From the NCBI GenBank assembly GCA_043806975.1, contig JAZDGL010000018.1, forward strand, positions 1-37,747: a DNA stretch of 37,747 nucleotides, read 5' to 3'. Below are positions 1 through 7,162 of the stretch, in pieces. Within the stretch, counting starts at the first letter, position 1. Each line of letters starts with the position of its first letter. The translations under genes and the position numbers were made by a program. The notes below the pieces were generated by a model that searched no databases, had not been told where the DNA came from, and saw only the letters and a list, made by a program, of their open reading frames with translations. The stretch is from a bacterium (lineage in GTDB: Bacteria; Patescibacteriota; Minisyncoccia; CAYZDR01).

Positions 1-211
1 TTCTGAAACTTTTGAGATCTTGTTCTAGAATTTCATTGTTGTCGCAGAGGACAAGCCCTCTGCCGTTTTTGATTTGCTCCTTCGCCCAAAATGCGGCGAT
101 AATCGTTTTTCCCAGACCCGTTGCGATTGCCGCTAAAACCCGGGCTGACTTTGCAAAAGCCGCATTGATTAAACTCAAAAATTCTTTTTCGTAATCATAG
201 AGCTTTATCAT
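1..211 (-). CDS. SF2 (DEAD/DEAH, ResIII-like) helicase, N-terminal fragment; gene continues past the window start
   Basis: Reverse-strand ATG at 211-209, with AAGGAG (224-219) 7 nt upstream. Translation MIKLYDYEKEFLSLINAAFAKSARVLAAIATGLGKTIIAAFWAKEQ... carries a helicase motif I (ATGLGKT). Absent from the ORF track because it runs off the window. Confidence 0.55.
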   Translation of the reverse strand, partial: MIKLYDYEKEFLSLINAAFAKSARVLAAIATGLGKTIIAAFWAKEQIKNGRGLVLCDNNEILEQDLKSFR

Positions 212-313
212 TTAATAACTCCTTTTCGCTATTTTTTTGCCAAAAAAAGCGATAGCTAACTGTTTTTAGGAAAAAATCTGTCATATTATTCGGTTTTTAA
301 TGTTCTAATAAAA

Positions 314-342
314 AATATAGCATAGCAAACTATATTTGTCAA
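314..342 (-). promoter_or_regulatory. sigma70-type promoter for the helicase gene
   Basis: Reverse strand reads TTGACA (342-337), 17 nt spacer, TGc-TATATT (322-314). It lies about 100 nt upstream of the ATG at 211. Confidence 0.5.
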
Positions 343-374
343 TGGCAAGTGACATAACTGCTCACCATCTCTTT

Positions 375-440
375 CTCATTGTCACTCCGACCGAAGTAAT
401 TTCTGCTGGCAAAACAGAAATTACGAGCGGAGGAGTCTCT
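375..440. repeat. Family-B REP-like imperfect hairpin
   Basis: GTCACTCCGACCGAAGTAATTTCTG ... CAGAAATTACGAGCGGAGGAGTCTC. The same sequence class (GTCAyyCCGA...GGAgGAnTC) recurs at 636-706, 1477-1569, 13622-13654, 30326-30392 and 36074-36198. Confidence 0.55.
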
Positions 441-474
441 TCAATGTTTTTTTGCAGAAAACCTAAAGTATATA

Positions 475-635
475 TATAGCTCCCGCAAATAAATTTATTT
501 TAAAAACCCCCTTCATCCCCCCTTTCCAAGGGGGGAAATATCGGAATCCCTTTTCCGCCCAAGGCAGACCGCCTTGGGCGGTAATCTCCCTTTTCAAAGG
601 GAGAAAATATCGGAATTTGCTTTGCGGAAGCTATA
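475..635. repeat. Family-A modular palindromic element, copy 1 (complete, 161 bp)
   Basis: Terminal inverted repeats TATAGCTCCCGCAAATAAATT ... AATTTGCTTTGCGGAAGCTATA. The interior is made of short hairpin cassettes (CCCCCCTTTCCAAGGGGGG, CCGCCCAAGGCAGACCGCCTTGGGCGG, TCTCCCTTTTCAAAGGGAGA). Confidence 0.85.
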
Positions 636-706
636 TTATTTAAGGGATCCCTCCACTCGCCTCCGCCTGAATACAGGCGGAGCTCGGTCGGGATGACAAA
701 TAAGGC
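636..706. repeat. Family-B REP-like unit abutting copy 1
   Basis: GGGATCCCTCCACTCGCCTCCGCCTGAATACAGGCGGAGCTCGGTCGGGATGAC with a perfect 9-bp hairpin CTCCGCCTG-AATA-CAGGCGGAG. Together with 596-635 it is the reverse complement of 30324-30436. Confidence 0.8.
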
Positions 707-730
707 AATGAACAGCCACCTTCCCACCTA

Positions 731-759
731 TTGACAATTTTTATAAAGAGTGCTATAAT
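731..759 (+). promoter_or_regulatory. consensus sigma70-type promoter
   Basis: TTGACA (731-736), exactly 17 nt, TATAAT (754-759). It lies upstream of the ORF starting at 895. Confidence 0.6.
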
Positions 760-894
760 TAGAATTAGATTAAATTTGGAGGAAAATCTTCGGAGGCGCT
801 TTTTTAAAATTTGTTGTTCAAAATTTTATTGTTGTTCTATTTGAAATTGGTATTCTTCTAAACTTATTTTTCAATATCTTTTGGGAGGGGAAAA

Positions 895-1383
895 ATGAAG
901 CAGAAACTGGAATTTGCAACTTTTTGGCAGAACGAAGAGCACTGGGATGCCTTTCGAAGTTGGTTTTCTCTTGAAAAATTTGATGTTATCCAAGCTATTT
1001 TTCAAGAATCGAACGATGCCAGCGATTTTTTAGTTGTTCTTCCTAAAAAAATTGCGGAAATTGCTTGGAACGAAGAGAACACGCGTTTTCCGAAAATAAT
1101 TTATAAGCTTCCTAATCCGGAAGAAATTTTTGCGGAGGTGGGCGAAGATAAGATTTTGCCTAATCTTCCTGGGAGGATTAGCAGGGATGTTTTTGGAAAT
1201 TGGATTTGCGAGCTGCATGAGCAAATCCTTCTCACGAAGTGGATTTTAGTGAATCATGAGAACAACATAAAAATTCCTCAAGGGAAAAGCTTGCGAAAGG
1301 CGGGTGATAAAAGTTTTGATCCATTGAGTGAATTAGTGGTTTTTGATAATGGGACAATCCATCGTCCTATTATTAGTTTTTAA
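895..1383 (+). CDS. hypothetical protein (162 aa), no recognisable motif
   Basis: Intact ORF with a GGGAGGGG Shine-Dalgarno 4 nt before the ATG, its own promoter, and a strong terminator immediately downstream. Confidence 0.7.
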   Translation: MKQKLEFATFWQNEEHWDAFRSWFSLEKFDVIQAIFQESNDASDFLVVLPKKIAEIAWNEENTRFPKIIYKLPNPEEIFAEVGEDKILPNLPGRISRDVFGNWICELHEQILLTKWILVNHENNIKIPQGKSLRKAGDKSFDPLSELVVFDNGTIHRPIISF

Positions 1384-1390
1384 AAAAAAT

Positions 1391-1429
1391 AAAAATGGGA
1401 ACGCAATTTTTTTGGCGTTCCCATTTTTT
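1391..1429 (+). terminator. rho-independent terminator
   Basis: Stem ATGGGAACGC (1395-1404) / GCGTTCCCAT (1415-1424), extended by A/T pairs and followed by a T-run. Confidence 0.8.
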
Positions 1430-1476
1430 AATTTAAAACTTGCTCTAGCTCTTGAGCATATTACTGAAAAGCCAAA

Positions 1477-1569
1477 GCGTCATCCTGAACGAAGTGGAGC
1501 GAAGTGAAGGATCCCGCATTTAAACTAAAAAAACGGGATTCTTCGCTCCTTTGTCGCTCAGAATGACGC
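1477..1569. repeat. Family-B REP-like inverted pair (long imperfect palindrome)
   Basis: GCGTCATCCTGAACGAAGTGGAGCGAAGTGAAGGATCCCG ... CGGGATTCTTCGCTCCTTTGTCGCTCAGAATGACGC. The arms are imperfect reverse complements. Confidence 0.75.
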
Positions 1570-1629
1570 AAAAACACTATTAGGCAATACGCTCCTTATG
1601 TGGAAAACTCTTTATTTTGGCTTTAATAA

Positions 1630-1695
1630 AGTGGTTGACCATAACATTTTAGTGGGATATAATGTAAGTAAGTGGATGCAAGTGGGGAATAGTGG
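1630..1695 (+). promoter_or_regulatory. dcw promoter (TTGACC-17-TATAAT) overlapped by phased AGTGG direct repeats, candidate MraZ operator
   Basis: -35 TTGACC at 1635-1640 and -10 TATAAT at 1658-1663. AGTGG begins at 1630, 1651, 1671, 1681 and 1691, giving spacings of 21, 20, 10 and 10 nt. Confidence 0.6.
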
Positions 1696-1775
1696 GCGGA
1701 TGATCTTAAAAAGAGAGAAATTTTGAGAATTTTTGGAAACTAAAATTTTAAACCTGAATTTTTGAGTTTATTTCT

Positions 1776-2204
1776 ATGTTTATAGGAGAATATCAGCACA
1801 CAATTGACGAAAAAGGAAGGCTTGCAGTTCCTGCAAAATTCAGGAAATTTTTAAGCAAAGGCGCGGTAGTTACGAGAGGGCTGGATAATTGTTTGTTTTT
1901 GTATCCGATTGATGAATGGAAAAATTTGGCAGGAAAAATCAGCAGTTTACCGTTAGGGCAGGCGAACACGAGAGCTTTTTCCCGATTGATGTTAGCGGGA
2001 GCTATGGATGCGGAGCTGGATAAACAGGGCAGAATAATCATTCCAGACTATTTGAGAAAATTTGGGAAAATTTCTAAAAAGGTTGTTTTGGCAGGTCTCT
2101 ATAATAGAATTGAAATTTGGGATGAGGCAGAATGGGAGAAATTCAAAGCAAATACAGAAAAAGAAAGTGTTGATATCGCTGAAAAGCTAGGAGAAATAGT
2201 ATAA
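1776..2204 (+). CDS. mraZ: transcriptional regulator MraZ
   Basis: MFIGEYQHTIDEKGRLAVPAKFR... with a second DKQGRIIIP repeat, the typical duplicated SpoVT/AbrB fold. It is the first gene of the dcw cluster. Confidence 0.95.
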   Translation: MFIGEYQHTIDEKGRLAVPAKFRKFLSKGAVVTRGLDNCLFLYPIDEWKNLAGKISSLPLGQANTRAFSRLMLAGAMDAELDKQGRIIIPDYLRKFGKISKKVVLAGLYNRIEIWDEAEWEKFKANTEKESVDIAEKLGEIV

Positions 2205-2244
2205 AGCTTTAAACTGAAAGAATTTGTAATCCATAATTTATTTG

Positions 2245-3108
2245 ATGACACATATTCCGGTTTTACTAAGTGAAATTTTGGCATTTTTAAACCCTCAGCC
2301 CGGTCAAATTTTTATTGATTGCACAGTTGGAGGCGGCGGTCATTTCAAGGAAATTTACAAAAAAATTCAGCCGAATGGGAGAATTTTAGGAATTGATTTT
2401 AACGCGCAGGCAGTAGGGAATTTAAAGGCGGAAAATTTAAAAGGAGCGGCGCTGGTTCAGGATAACTTTAAAAATTTAAGAAAAATTGCCGAAAAGGAGA
2501 ATTTTTTAGAAGCAGATGGGATTTTGATGGATTTAGGCTTTTCAAGCATAGAATTAGAAAGCGGCATTGGATTATCTTTTTTAAAAGATGAGCCGCTGGA
2601 TATGCGAATTGACAGCCGATCGGAAATTTCCGCTAAAGATATTGTGAATAGCTGGCAAGAAGATGATTTAATAAAAATTTTCTCTGAATATGGCGAAGAA
2701 AGATTTTCAAAAAGAATTGCGAAGGAAATTGTAAATTCAAGAAAAACAAAAAAAATACAGACTACTTTTGAGCTCGTTGATACAATCAAAAAAGCGATTC
2801 CTCCAAAATTTCGTTATGGGAAAATTCATTTTTCCACAAAAGTTTTTCAGGCATTGAGGATTGCAGTAAATAATGAATTGGAAAATTTGGAAGAAGCGCT
2901 AAAATTGGCAGAAGAAAGCTTGGTTTTAGGCGGAAAAATAGCTGTAATATCTTTTCATTCAGGGGAAGACAGGATAGTGAAAAATTTTTTCAGATCGTCG
3001 GAAAAATTAAAAATTTTGACAAAAAAACCGATTATTCCAAAGGAAGATGAGGTTAAAGAGAACCCAAGAAGCAGAAGCGCCAAATTGAGAGTAGCGGAAA
3101 GAATTTAA
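2245..3108 (+). CDS. rsmH: 16S rRNA (cytosine1402-N4)-methyltransferase RsmH
   Basis: HIPVLL...DCTVGGGGH and MDLGFSS motifs, in the position after mraZ. ATG at 2245 is preferred over the adjacent TTG at 2242. Confidence 0.93.
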   Translation: MTHIPVLLSEILAFLNPQPGQIFIDCTVGGGGHFKEIYKKIQPNGRILGIDFNAQAVGNLKAENLKGAALVQDNFKNLRKIAEKENFLEADGILMDLGFSSIELESGIGLSFLKDEPLDMRIDSRSEISAKDIVNSWQEDDLIKIFSEYGEERFSKRIAKEIVNSRKTKKIQTTFELVDTIKKAIPPKFRYGKIHFSTKVFQALRIAVNNELENLEEALKLAEESLVLGGKIAVISFHSGEDRIVKNFFRSSEKLKILTKKPIIPKEDEVKENPRSRSAKLRVAERI

Positions 3109-3189
3109 AAAGATGGTTGCAAGGGTATTGGATGATTAGGGCGGTTATAAAAACGAAAAAAATCAAAAATAATAGAAAGCAAAACAATT

Positions 3190-3501
3190 ATGAATATCAA
3201 AAAGAAAAAACAAAATAATTATACGGGAAAATTTATTTTAGCATTTTTAGTTTTGGGACTTTTAGCATCTGCTTGTTTTTATATGTTTCAAGTTAACAGC
3301 ATTGCTTCGGGAGGATTTAAAATTTCTGAAATTGATAAAAAAATTATAAAAACTGAAAAAGATATTGAAGGCTTGAAATTAGAATCTTCAAAACTTCAAT
3401 CTATAACTATTTTAAAGGCGGCTTCTGAAAAATTTGGAATGGCGCGAACGGCGCATCCAGAATTTCTTAGGCTGGAAGGAGGAGTGGCTTTAAATAAGTA
3501 A
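3190..3501 (+). CDS. ftsL: FtsL-like cell-division protein (single TM helix plus coiled coil)
   Basis: 103 aa with a basic N-terminus, one TM helix (FILAFLVLGLLASACFYMF) and a short coiled coil. It occupies the conserved slot between rsmH and ftsI. The call rests on architecture and synteny only. Confidence 0.55.
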   Translation: MNIKKKKQNNYTGKFILAFLVLGLLASACFYMFQVNSIASGGFKISEIDKKIIKTEKDIEGLKLESSKLQSITILKAASEKFGMARTAHPEFLRLEGGVALNK

Positions 3502-3518
3502 TGGACGCGGATAAATAA

Positions 3519-5402
3519 ATGAGAAAGGAATCGGCAAAATCTTGGCAAGCGAGTTTTATTTTTTTTATTGAAATTTTGGGGCTGATTGCGCTAGTCTCCC
3601 GTTTAGCTTATTTGCAGGTTTTCAAATTCCCTCAATTTAAGACTGCTGCGGAGGATCAGCGCAAACTTTTTCGCGAAATTAGCCCAAAAAGGGGCAAGAT
3701 ATTTGTTTCTGATATAAATAATGATTTTTTTTCGGTTGCAGTGAATAAAAAAAGTTTTCTTTTTTATATTGTCCCCAAAGAGATTAAGGAAAAAGATGAT
3801 TTTATAGAGAAAATAGCGCCTATTTTAGCTGTGGAGGAGCGGAGGGCAGATCAGGAATTGCAAATGGCGATGAGCAGGGTTGAGGCGCAAGAAAAAGATG
3901 ATGAAAAAGAAAAGCTGGTGAGGCTAGGGAATGAAAATTTAGAAAATATAGCGGGTTTGAAAGATGAAGGCGGCGGGGGCGAGAAAGATGAGAATTTTTT
4001 TCTTGAAGAAGCTAAAAAAATGCTTAAAAGGCGGCTTGAAAATATGAATGATCCGTATGAAGCGGTGTCGGATAATATCAGCGAGGAGGCGGTTGAAGAA
4101 ATTCGCGGTTTGAAGCTGGCAGGTGTTTATTTTACATCTTTTTATAAAAGATATTATCCTGAGCAGGAATTTGCGGCGGAAATACTAGGTTTTATGGGGT
4201 ATAAAGATGATAAAATTACGGGTAGGTATGGCGTTGAGGAGTCTTTAAATGAAGAATTGGAAGGGCGATCGGGATCAATTTTGGGGGAAAAGGATTCGCA
4301 GGGGAGGCTGGTCGCGATAGGGGAAAAGAAGCTTAACCCTGTTCAAGATGGATGCGATATCTATCTTACTATTGATAGAAATGTTCAGTATAAGGCGCAG
4401 GAAATTTTAAAAGAAGCCGCGGAAGAATATAAAATTAAATCTGGATCTGTGATTGTGATGGATCCAAAAACAGGAAGAATTTTGGCTATGGCTGATTGGC
4501 CGACATTCAATCCGAATTATTATGGTAGGTTTGATTTAGAAGGTCTGCAAAACGGAGCAATCCAAAAACTTTATGAGCCGGGTTCAATTTTGAAAATTAT
4601 AACTGTTGCGGCGGCGATGAATGAAAATAAAATCAGTCCGAATAGTATTTTTGAAGATAAGGGTTTCGTGGAGATCGGGGGGAAAATTATAAAAAATTCC
4701 GATCCAAAGCCGCAGGGAGTTGTTTCTATTGTGGAAGTTTTGGAAAAATCTTTAAATACGGGAGCTATTTTTGCGCAACAGCAAATTGCAGAAGAAATAT
4801 TTCTTGACTATATCCGCAAATTTAATTTAGACAAAAAAACTGGCGTGGAGTTGTTGGGCGAGGCCGTTGGGAATATTCGTTCATTGGAAGAAAGACCTTA
4901 CAATGCAGTAAATTATGCGTCTGCTTCGTTTGGACAAGGGGTTGCATTAACTTCTTTAGAAATTTCTTCGGCAGTTTGCGCGATTGCGAACAAAGGAATG
5001 ATGATGAAGCCGTATATTATTGAAAAGATTGAAAAAAATGGGCAAAAAATAATTACGGATCCTAAAGAAACTGGACAGGCGGTCTCGCCTGCGACAGCGC
5101 TAAAAATTGGAGCGATGATGGTGAATGTGGTAAAAAATGGGTCTGGTTCGGGCGCCATGGTGGATGGATATAATGTTGCGGGGAAAACAGGGACTGCTCA
5201 AATCGCAGAAGATGGAAAATATACGGATCGTTCCATCCATTCTTTTGTGGGTTTTGCGCCGCTGGAAGATCCTGTTTTTTCTGTGTTTGTAAGGCTTGAT
5301 GATCCGGAGGGTTTTCGTTTTTCTTCGGCAACTGCTGCTCCAACATTTGGCAAAATAGCCAAATTTCTGTTAGAGTATTATGCGATACCGCCAAATAATT
5401 AA
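3519..5402 (+). CDS. ftsI: class B penicillin-binding protein / peptidoglycan D,D-transpeptidase
   Basis: N-terminal TM anchor plus SxxK (SILK), SxN (SLN) and KTG (AGKTGTA) motifs, in a dcw context. Confidence 0.9.
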   Translation: MRKESAKSWQASFIFFIEILGLIALVSRLAYLQVFKFPQFKTAAEDQRKLFREISPKRGKIFVSDINNDFFSVAVNKKSFLFYIVPKEIKEKDDFIEKIAPILAVEERRADQELQMAMSRVEAQEKDDEKEKLVRLGNENLENIAGLKDEGGGGEKDENFFLEEAKKMLKRRLENMNDPYEAVSDNISEEAVEEIRGLKLAGVYFTSFYKRYYPEQEFAAEILGFMGYKDDKITGRYGVEESLNEELEGRSGSILGEKDSQGRLVAIGEKKLNPVQDGCDIYLTIDRNVQYKAQEILKEAAEEYKIKSGSVIVMDPKTGRILAMADWPTFNPNYYGRFDLEGLQNGAIQKLYEPGSILKIITVAAAMNENKISPNSIFEDKGFVEIGGKIIKNSDPKPQGVVSIVEVLEKSLNTGAIFAQQQIAEEIFLDYIRKFNLDKKTGVELLGEAVGNIRSLEERPYNAVNYASASFGQGVALTSLEISSAVCAIANKGMMMKPYIIEKIEKNGQKIITDPKETGQAVSPATALKIGAMMVNVVKNGSGSGAMVDGYNVAGKTGTAQIAEDGKYTDRSIHSFVGFAPLEDPVFSVFVRLDDPEGFRFSSATAAPTFGKIAKFLLEYYAIPPNN

Positions 5403-5411
5403 ATTCAATAT

Positions 5412-6695
5412 ATGAAATCGTTTATTGCAAAAATTCTTAAATTTTTTGCCAAAAGAGCAATTAAAAAAAATAACCCGATTGTGATCGGAATTACTGGAAG
5501 CGTAGGGAAAACAGGCGCAAAACACACTGTTTCTTATATTTTAGATAAGTTCTTTTTTACGGGCGGAAGTATAAAAAATTATAATAATGAAATAGGTTAT
5601 CCACTGTCTATTTTAGGGATAGATTCTGCTTCAAAAAGTGTTTTGGCTTGGGCAAAGATACTTTTTTTGGCATTTAAAAAAGCATATTTTAATTCTGATT
5701 TTCCGGAAGTGCTGGTTTTAGAGCTGGCGGCAAGGAAACCTGGCGATATTGATTATTTAGGCGAGATTGCTGAATTTGATGCGGTAATCATAACAGCAAT
5801 TGGACCTTCTCATATTGAAAAGTTTGGTTCAATTAAGCAAATTGCCAAAGAGAAATTTAGTATTGCCAAGCATTTAAAGAAAAATGGCAAGCTGATTTAT
5901 AATTTTGACGATGAGATAGTCCGCGAAGCGGCGAAAACCGTGAAAGCGGATTGTATTTCGTATGGATTTAATAAAGGCGCGGATTTTCAAGCAGTTTCGG
6001 GCAAGGATATAAATTTAAATTTTGATGAAAATGGAAATTTTATTGGAAGCGGTTTTAAAGTTGAAAGGGCGGGTTCTTTTATGCCAATTCGCCTTGTAAA
6101 TGTTATTAGCAAGGCGCAGGCTTATTCTGTTTTAGCGGGATTAGTTGTGAGCGATGTTTTTAATATCAATTTAGTTGAAGCCGTTGAAAGGTTAAAAGAT
6201 TTGCCGGCTTTCCCCGGCAGAATGAGTTTAATTTCTGGTATTGAAGAAACTTTAATTATTGATGATTCGTATAATGCGTCGCCCGCCTCAATGGAAATGG
6301 CGCTGGAATCATTGGGAGAATTTAAAAATAGAAGGCGGATTGCCGCGCTGGGAGATATGTTGGAACTAGGCAGTTTTTCTGAAAAATATCATAGGCAGGT
6401 TGGGAAGGCGGCGGCAAAAACGGCTAATTTACTTTTTCTTGTTGGGGGAGAGGTTTTATTTCTTAAAAAAGAAGCGCTGGCAGCAGGGATGAAAGAAAAT
6501 CGCATCAAACATTTTTCTTCTTCTGCGGAAGCAGCGAAGGCAATAAAAGACGAAATTAAGAAAGGGGATGTAGTTTTGGTTAAAGGTTCCCAATCAATGA
6601 GGATGGAGAAAATTGTTGAAGCGATTATGGCAGATTCTGAAAAGGCGGAGGAATTGCTGGTGAGGCAGGAGAAGGAGTGGAAAAAATCCAATTAG
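5412..6695 (+). CDS. murF: UDP-N-acetylmuramoyl-tripeptide--D-alanyl-D-alanine ligase
   Basis: GITGSVGKTG P-loop and the DDSYNASPASM motif typical of MurF rather than MurE. Confidence 0.85.
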   Translation: MKSFIAKILKFFAKRAIKKNNPIVIGITGSVGKTGAKHTVSYILDKFFFTGGSIKNYNNEIGYPLSILGIDSASKSVLAWAKILFLAFKKAYFNSDFPEVLVLELAARKPGDIDYLGEIAEFDAVIITAIGPSHIEKFGSIKQIAKEKFSIAKHLKKNGKLIYNFDDEIVREAAKTVKADCISYGFNKGADFQAVSGKDINLNFDENGNFIGSGFKVERAGSFMPIRLVNVISKAQAYSVLAGLVVSDVFNINLVEAVERLKDLPAFPGRMSLISGIEETLIIDDSYNASPASMEMALESLGEFKNRRRIAALGDMLELGSFSEKYHRQVGKAAAKTANLLFLVGGEVLFLKKEALAAGMKENRIKHFSSSAEAAKAIKDEIKKGDVVLVKGSQSMRMEKIVEAIMADSEKAEELLVRQEKEWKKSN

Positions 6696-6732
6696 CAAGG
6701 AGCAATGATCAATGAGCAATAAAAAACTAAAA

Positions 6733-6757
6733 AATCAGGTTAAATTCCTGATTTTAA
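6733..6757 (+). terminator. weak hairpin terminator after murF
   Basis: AATCAGG-TTAAATT-CCTGATT followed by TTAAAAT. The stem is short and AT-rich. Confidence 0.35.
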
Positions 6758-6817
6758 AATTAATTATTGCAAATTGAAAATTGTTTTTTCTTCGGCTGTA
6801 GCTTATAAGAGTGAAGG

Positions 6818-6980
6818 TATAGCTCCCGCAAAATAAATTCTGATATTTTCCCCTTTAATAAGGGGGGATTGAAGGGGGGTTTTAATATTTTCTCCCTTTT
6901 AGAAGGGAGATTACCGCCCAAGGCGGTCTGCCTTGGGTAGAAGAGGGATTTTAAAATAAATTTGTTTTGCGGGAGCTATA
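6818..6980. repeat. Family-A modular palindromic element, copy 2 (complete, 163 bp)
   Basis: TATAGCTCCCGCAAAATAAATT ... AATTTGTTTTGCGGGAGCTATA. The cassettes are the same types as in copy 1 but in a different order. It ends 2 nt from the 3' end of tRNA-Glu. Confidence 0.9.
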
Positions 6981-6982
6981 AG

Positions 6983-7054
6983 TACCGCTACGGGGAGTTG
7001 AACCCCGGTTTTCAGGATGAGAACCTGATGTCCTAACCACTAGACGATAGCGGC
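6983..7054 (-). tRNA. tRNA-Glu (anticodon CUC)
   Basis: Reverse complement is GCCGCTATCGTCTAGTGGTTAGGACATCAGGTTCTCATCCTGAAAACCGGGGTTCAACTCCCCGTAGCGGTA. It folds as a cloverleaf with a 7-bp acceptor stem (G1-U72), a GG D-loop, anticodon loop TTCTCAT and a canonical TTCAACT T-loop. CCA is not encoded. Confidence 0.9.
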
Positions 7055-7078
7055 GCTGGGTAAACTAGCATTATTTAA

Positions 7079-7107
7079 TTTATATCACAAAAAAAGCGGT
7101 TTGTCTA
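7079..7107 (-). promoter_or_regulatory. promoter for tRNA-Glu
   Basis: Reverse strand reads TAGACA (7107-7102), 17 nt, TGa-TATAAA (-10 at 7084-7079). It ends about 25 nt upstream of the mature tRNA 5' end. Confidence 0.5.
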
Positions 7108-7143
7108 TTAAGAAAAGGAAAGCCGCCCGAGATAGGGGGCGGC
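7108..7143 (-). terminator. rho-independent terminator for the small reverse-strand ORF
   Basis: GCCGCCC (7122-7128) / GGGCGGC (7137-7143) stem. On the reverse strand it is followed by TTTCCTTTTCTTA. Confidence 0.65.
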
Positions 7144-7162
7144 CATGAAAAGGTTGCTGTTG

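Noticed and set aside
12-194. 60-aa + strand ORF at the window start
   Set aside because: It is antisense to a reverse-strand reading frame that has an AAGGAG SD and a helicase Walker A motif.
500-727. 75-aa reverse-strand ORF and its mirror image at 30321-30590 (89 aa), sharing VIPTEL.LYSGGGEWRDPLNNI
   Set aside because: Both are read entirely through Family-A and Family-B repeat units. The similarity reflects the DNA repeat in inverted orientation. Neither has an SD and the composition is low-complexity, so they are treated as repeat-derived artefacts.
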